From a virus (lineage: Duplodnaviria > Caudoviricetes), in IMG/VR virus record IMGVR_UViG_3300045580_000183, positions 1 to 26,406 of that record: 26,406 bases of DNA. The stretch is one strand, 5' to 3'. The position numbers and the translations under genes were made by a program. The notes under the pieces are model-generated. The model searched no databases. It was not told the DNA's origin and saw nothing but the letters and a program-made list of their open reading frames with translations. How positions within the stretch are numbered: position 1 is the first letter of the stretch; each line of letters opens with the position of its first letter. This document shows positions 25,590-26,406 of the stretch, in pieces.

Positions 25590-25829
25590 CTATTCCGCGA
25601 TTTTCACGAATTCGCGCAAACGGATCTGATTTGGAGTGTGCGTCACCGATTCGAACGTGGATCCGCTCCAGTACGCCACAATGTCGTGCGCGTACACACT
25701 GCCGATCTCCGTCACCACGCCTTCCACTTTGGCCATGCGAGTGGAACCTTTTCTGTTGTCGCAGATCACGGCCTCCCACCCGTTGGCCAGCTTCACACGT
25801 GTTCCGAGCTTCAAATCGTTGGTGTACAT
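25590..25829 (-). CDS. Hypothetical small beta-barrel-like protein
   Basis: GAGGT RBS; DLKLGTRVKLANGWEA..EIGSVYAHDI. Confidence 0.7.
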   Translation of the reverse strand: MYTNDLKLGTRVKLANGWEAVICDNRKGSTRMAKVEGVVTEIGSVYAHDIVAYWSGSTFESVTHTPNQIRLREFVKIAE

Positions 25830-25839
25830 AGCGATTACC

Positions 25840-26112
25840 TCAGTAATTAAGAGCCGATGTTACAGTAACGATATACTGGTTGTCGTACATTTTGTTGACT
25901 GTATCCACACCGCCGTTGCGATGACCGCAGCAATCATGGGCGCAAAAACAACGGAGGCGAAAGTAATCATAAACGTACTGCATGTCGTCATCGGATAGCG
26001 TAGGGGCTTCAGTCTCCAGCACATAAACCATGGTCTTGGGCTGACACATGTCGTAATCGTCTTCCGATTCACGATGGTCTTTCAAAAGGCCGCTTCCTAC
26101 GATCTGAAACAT
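25840..26112 (-). CDS. Hypothetical protein with CxCxHDCCG motif
   Basis: GGAG RBS; Cys/His cluster. Confidence 0.7.
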   Translation of the reverse strand: MFQIVGSGLLKDHRESEDDYDMCQPKTMVYVLETEAPTLSDDDMQYVYDYFRLRCFCAHDCCGHRNGGVDTVNKMYDNQYIVTVTSALNY

Positions 26113-26155
26113 TTGCGCTCTCCGTTATATTCGGTCGTATATTACGATGTGGTGA

Positions 26156-26173
26156 GAGGGGCCGAAGCCCCTC
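26156..26173 (-). terminator. cUUCGg-tetraloop hairpin after the first early gene
   Basis: Minus strand GAGGGGC-TTCG-GCCCCTC, 3 nt after the stop at 26177; no real U tract. Confidence 0.55.
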
Positions 26174-26176
26174 GCT

Positions 26177-26386
26177 TTAGGTTGTGATCCACTTATCAGC
26201 GCGGCGAATGCGCTCATAGCAGACTTCCAGCAAGAGGTTTGCATATTCTCCGGCTAAGGGGTGGCCTTCGATGCGCGTAGCAATGAGGCACTGTGCGATT
26301 CCATCGCCGTAGCTATTGCGGCCATTCTTTGCGTTCCAAGTGATTGGATGGGTGCGGTAGGCGGGGTCATTAAGCGGGGTGGTCAT
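26177..26386 (-). CDS. Hypothetical protein, first gene of the minus-strand cluster
   Basis: Strong AAGGAGG RBS 8 nt before the ATG. Confidence 0.7.
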   Translation of the reverse strand: MTTPLNDPAYRTHPITWNAKNGRNSYGDGIAQCLIATRIEGHPLAGEYANLLLEVCYERIRRADKWITT

Positions 26387-26406
26387 TGTGGGTTCCTCCT
26401 TGGGGA

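Noticed and set aside
22968-26125. 13-bp direct repeat TTGCGCTCTCCGT at 22968 and 26113
   Set aside because: A few 13-mer matches are expected by chance in 26 kb, and one copy is within coding sequence.

Overview
The window is a tailed-phage (siphovirus-type) sequence, probably from an alphaproteobacterial-type host (inferred from GTA/HK97-like structural genes; not proven). Layout: (i) 1-670 is a non-coding control region with a leftward sigma70-like promoter, about 16 TGGAC/GTCCA iterons in nested inverted repeats around an AT-rich core (origin-like), and a rightward promoter. (ii) 705-22788 is an uninterrupted + strand morphogenesis and lysis operon: TerS, TerL, HK97 portal, MuF/gp7, protease, capsid, decoration and head-fibre genes, neck, two tail-tube paralogues, a frameshifted tail chaperone, tape measure, tail tip proteins, an M15 endolysin and membrane proteins. 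(iii) 22676-26386 is a - strand cluster of small early genes ending in dCMP deaminase and a DUF5664 dNTP diphosphohydrolase-like gene. The two ends join into one promoter-RBS-ATG unit, suggesting a complete 26.4-kb circle, yet no polymerase, primase, helicase, initiator, integrase or repressor is recognisable. A second highlight is a shared docking-like peptide in a head adaptor and a tail adaptor, suggesting one fibre is mounted at two virion sites. All calls are by eye from motifs and synteny; no searches were run.
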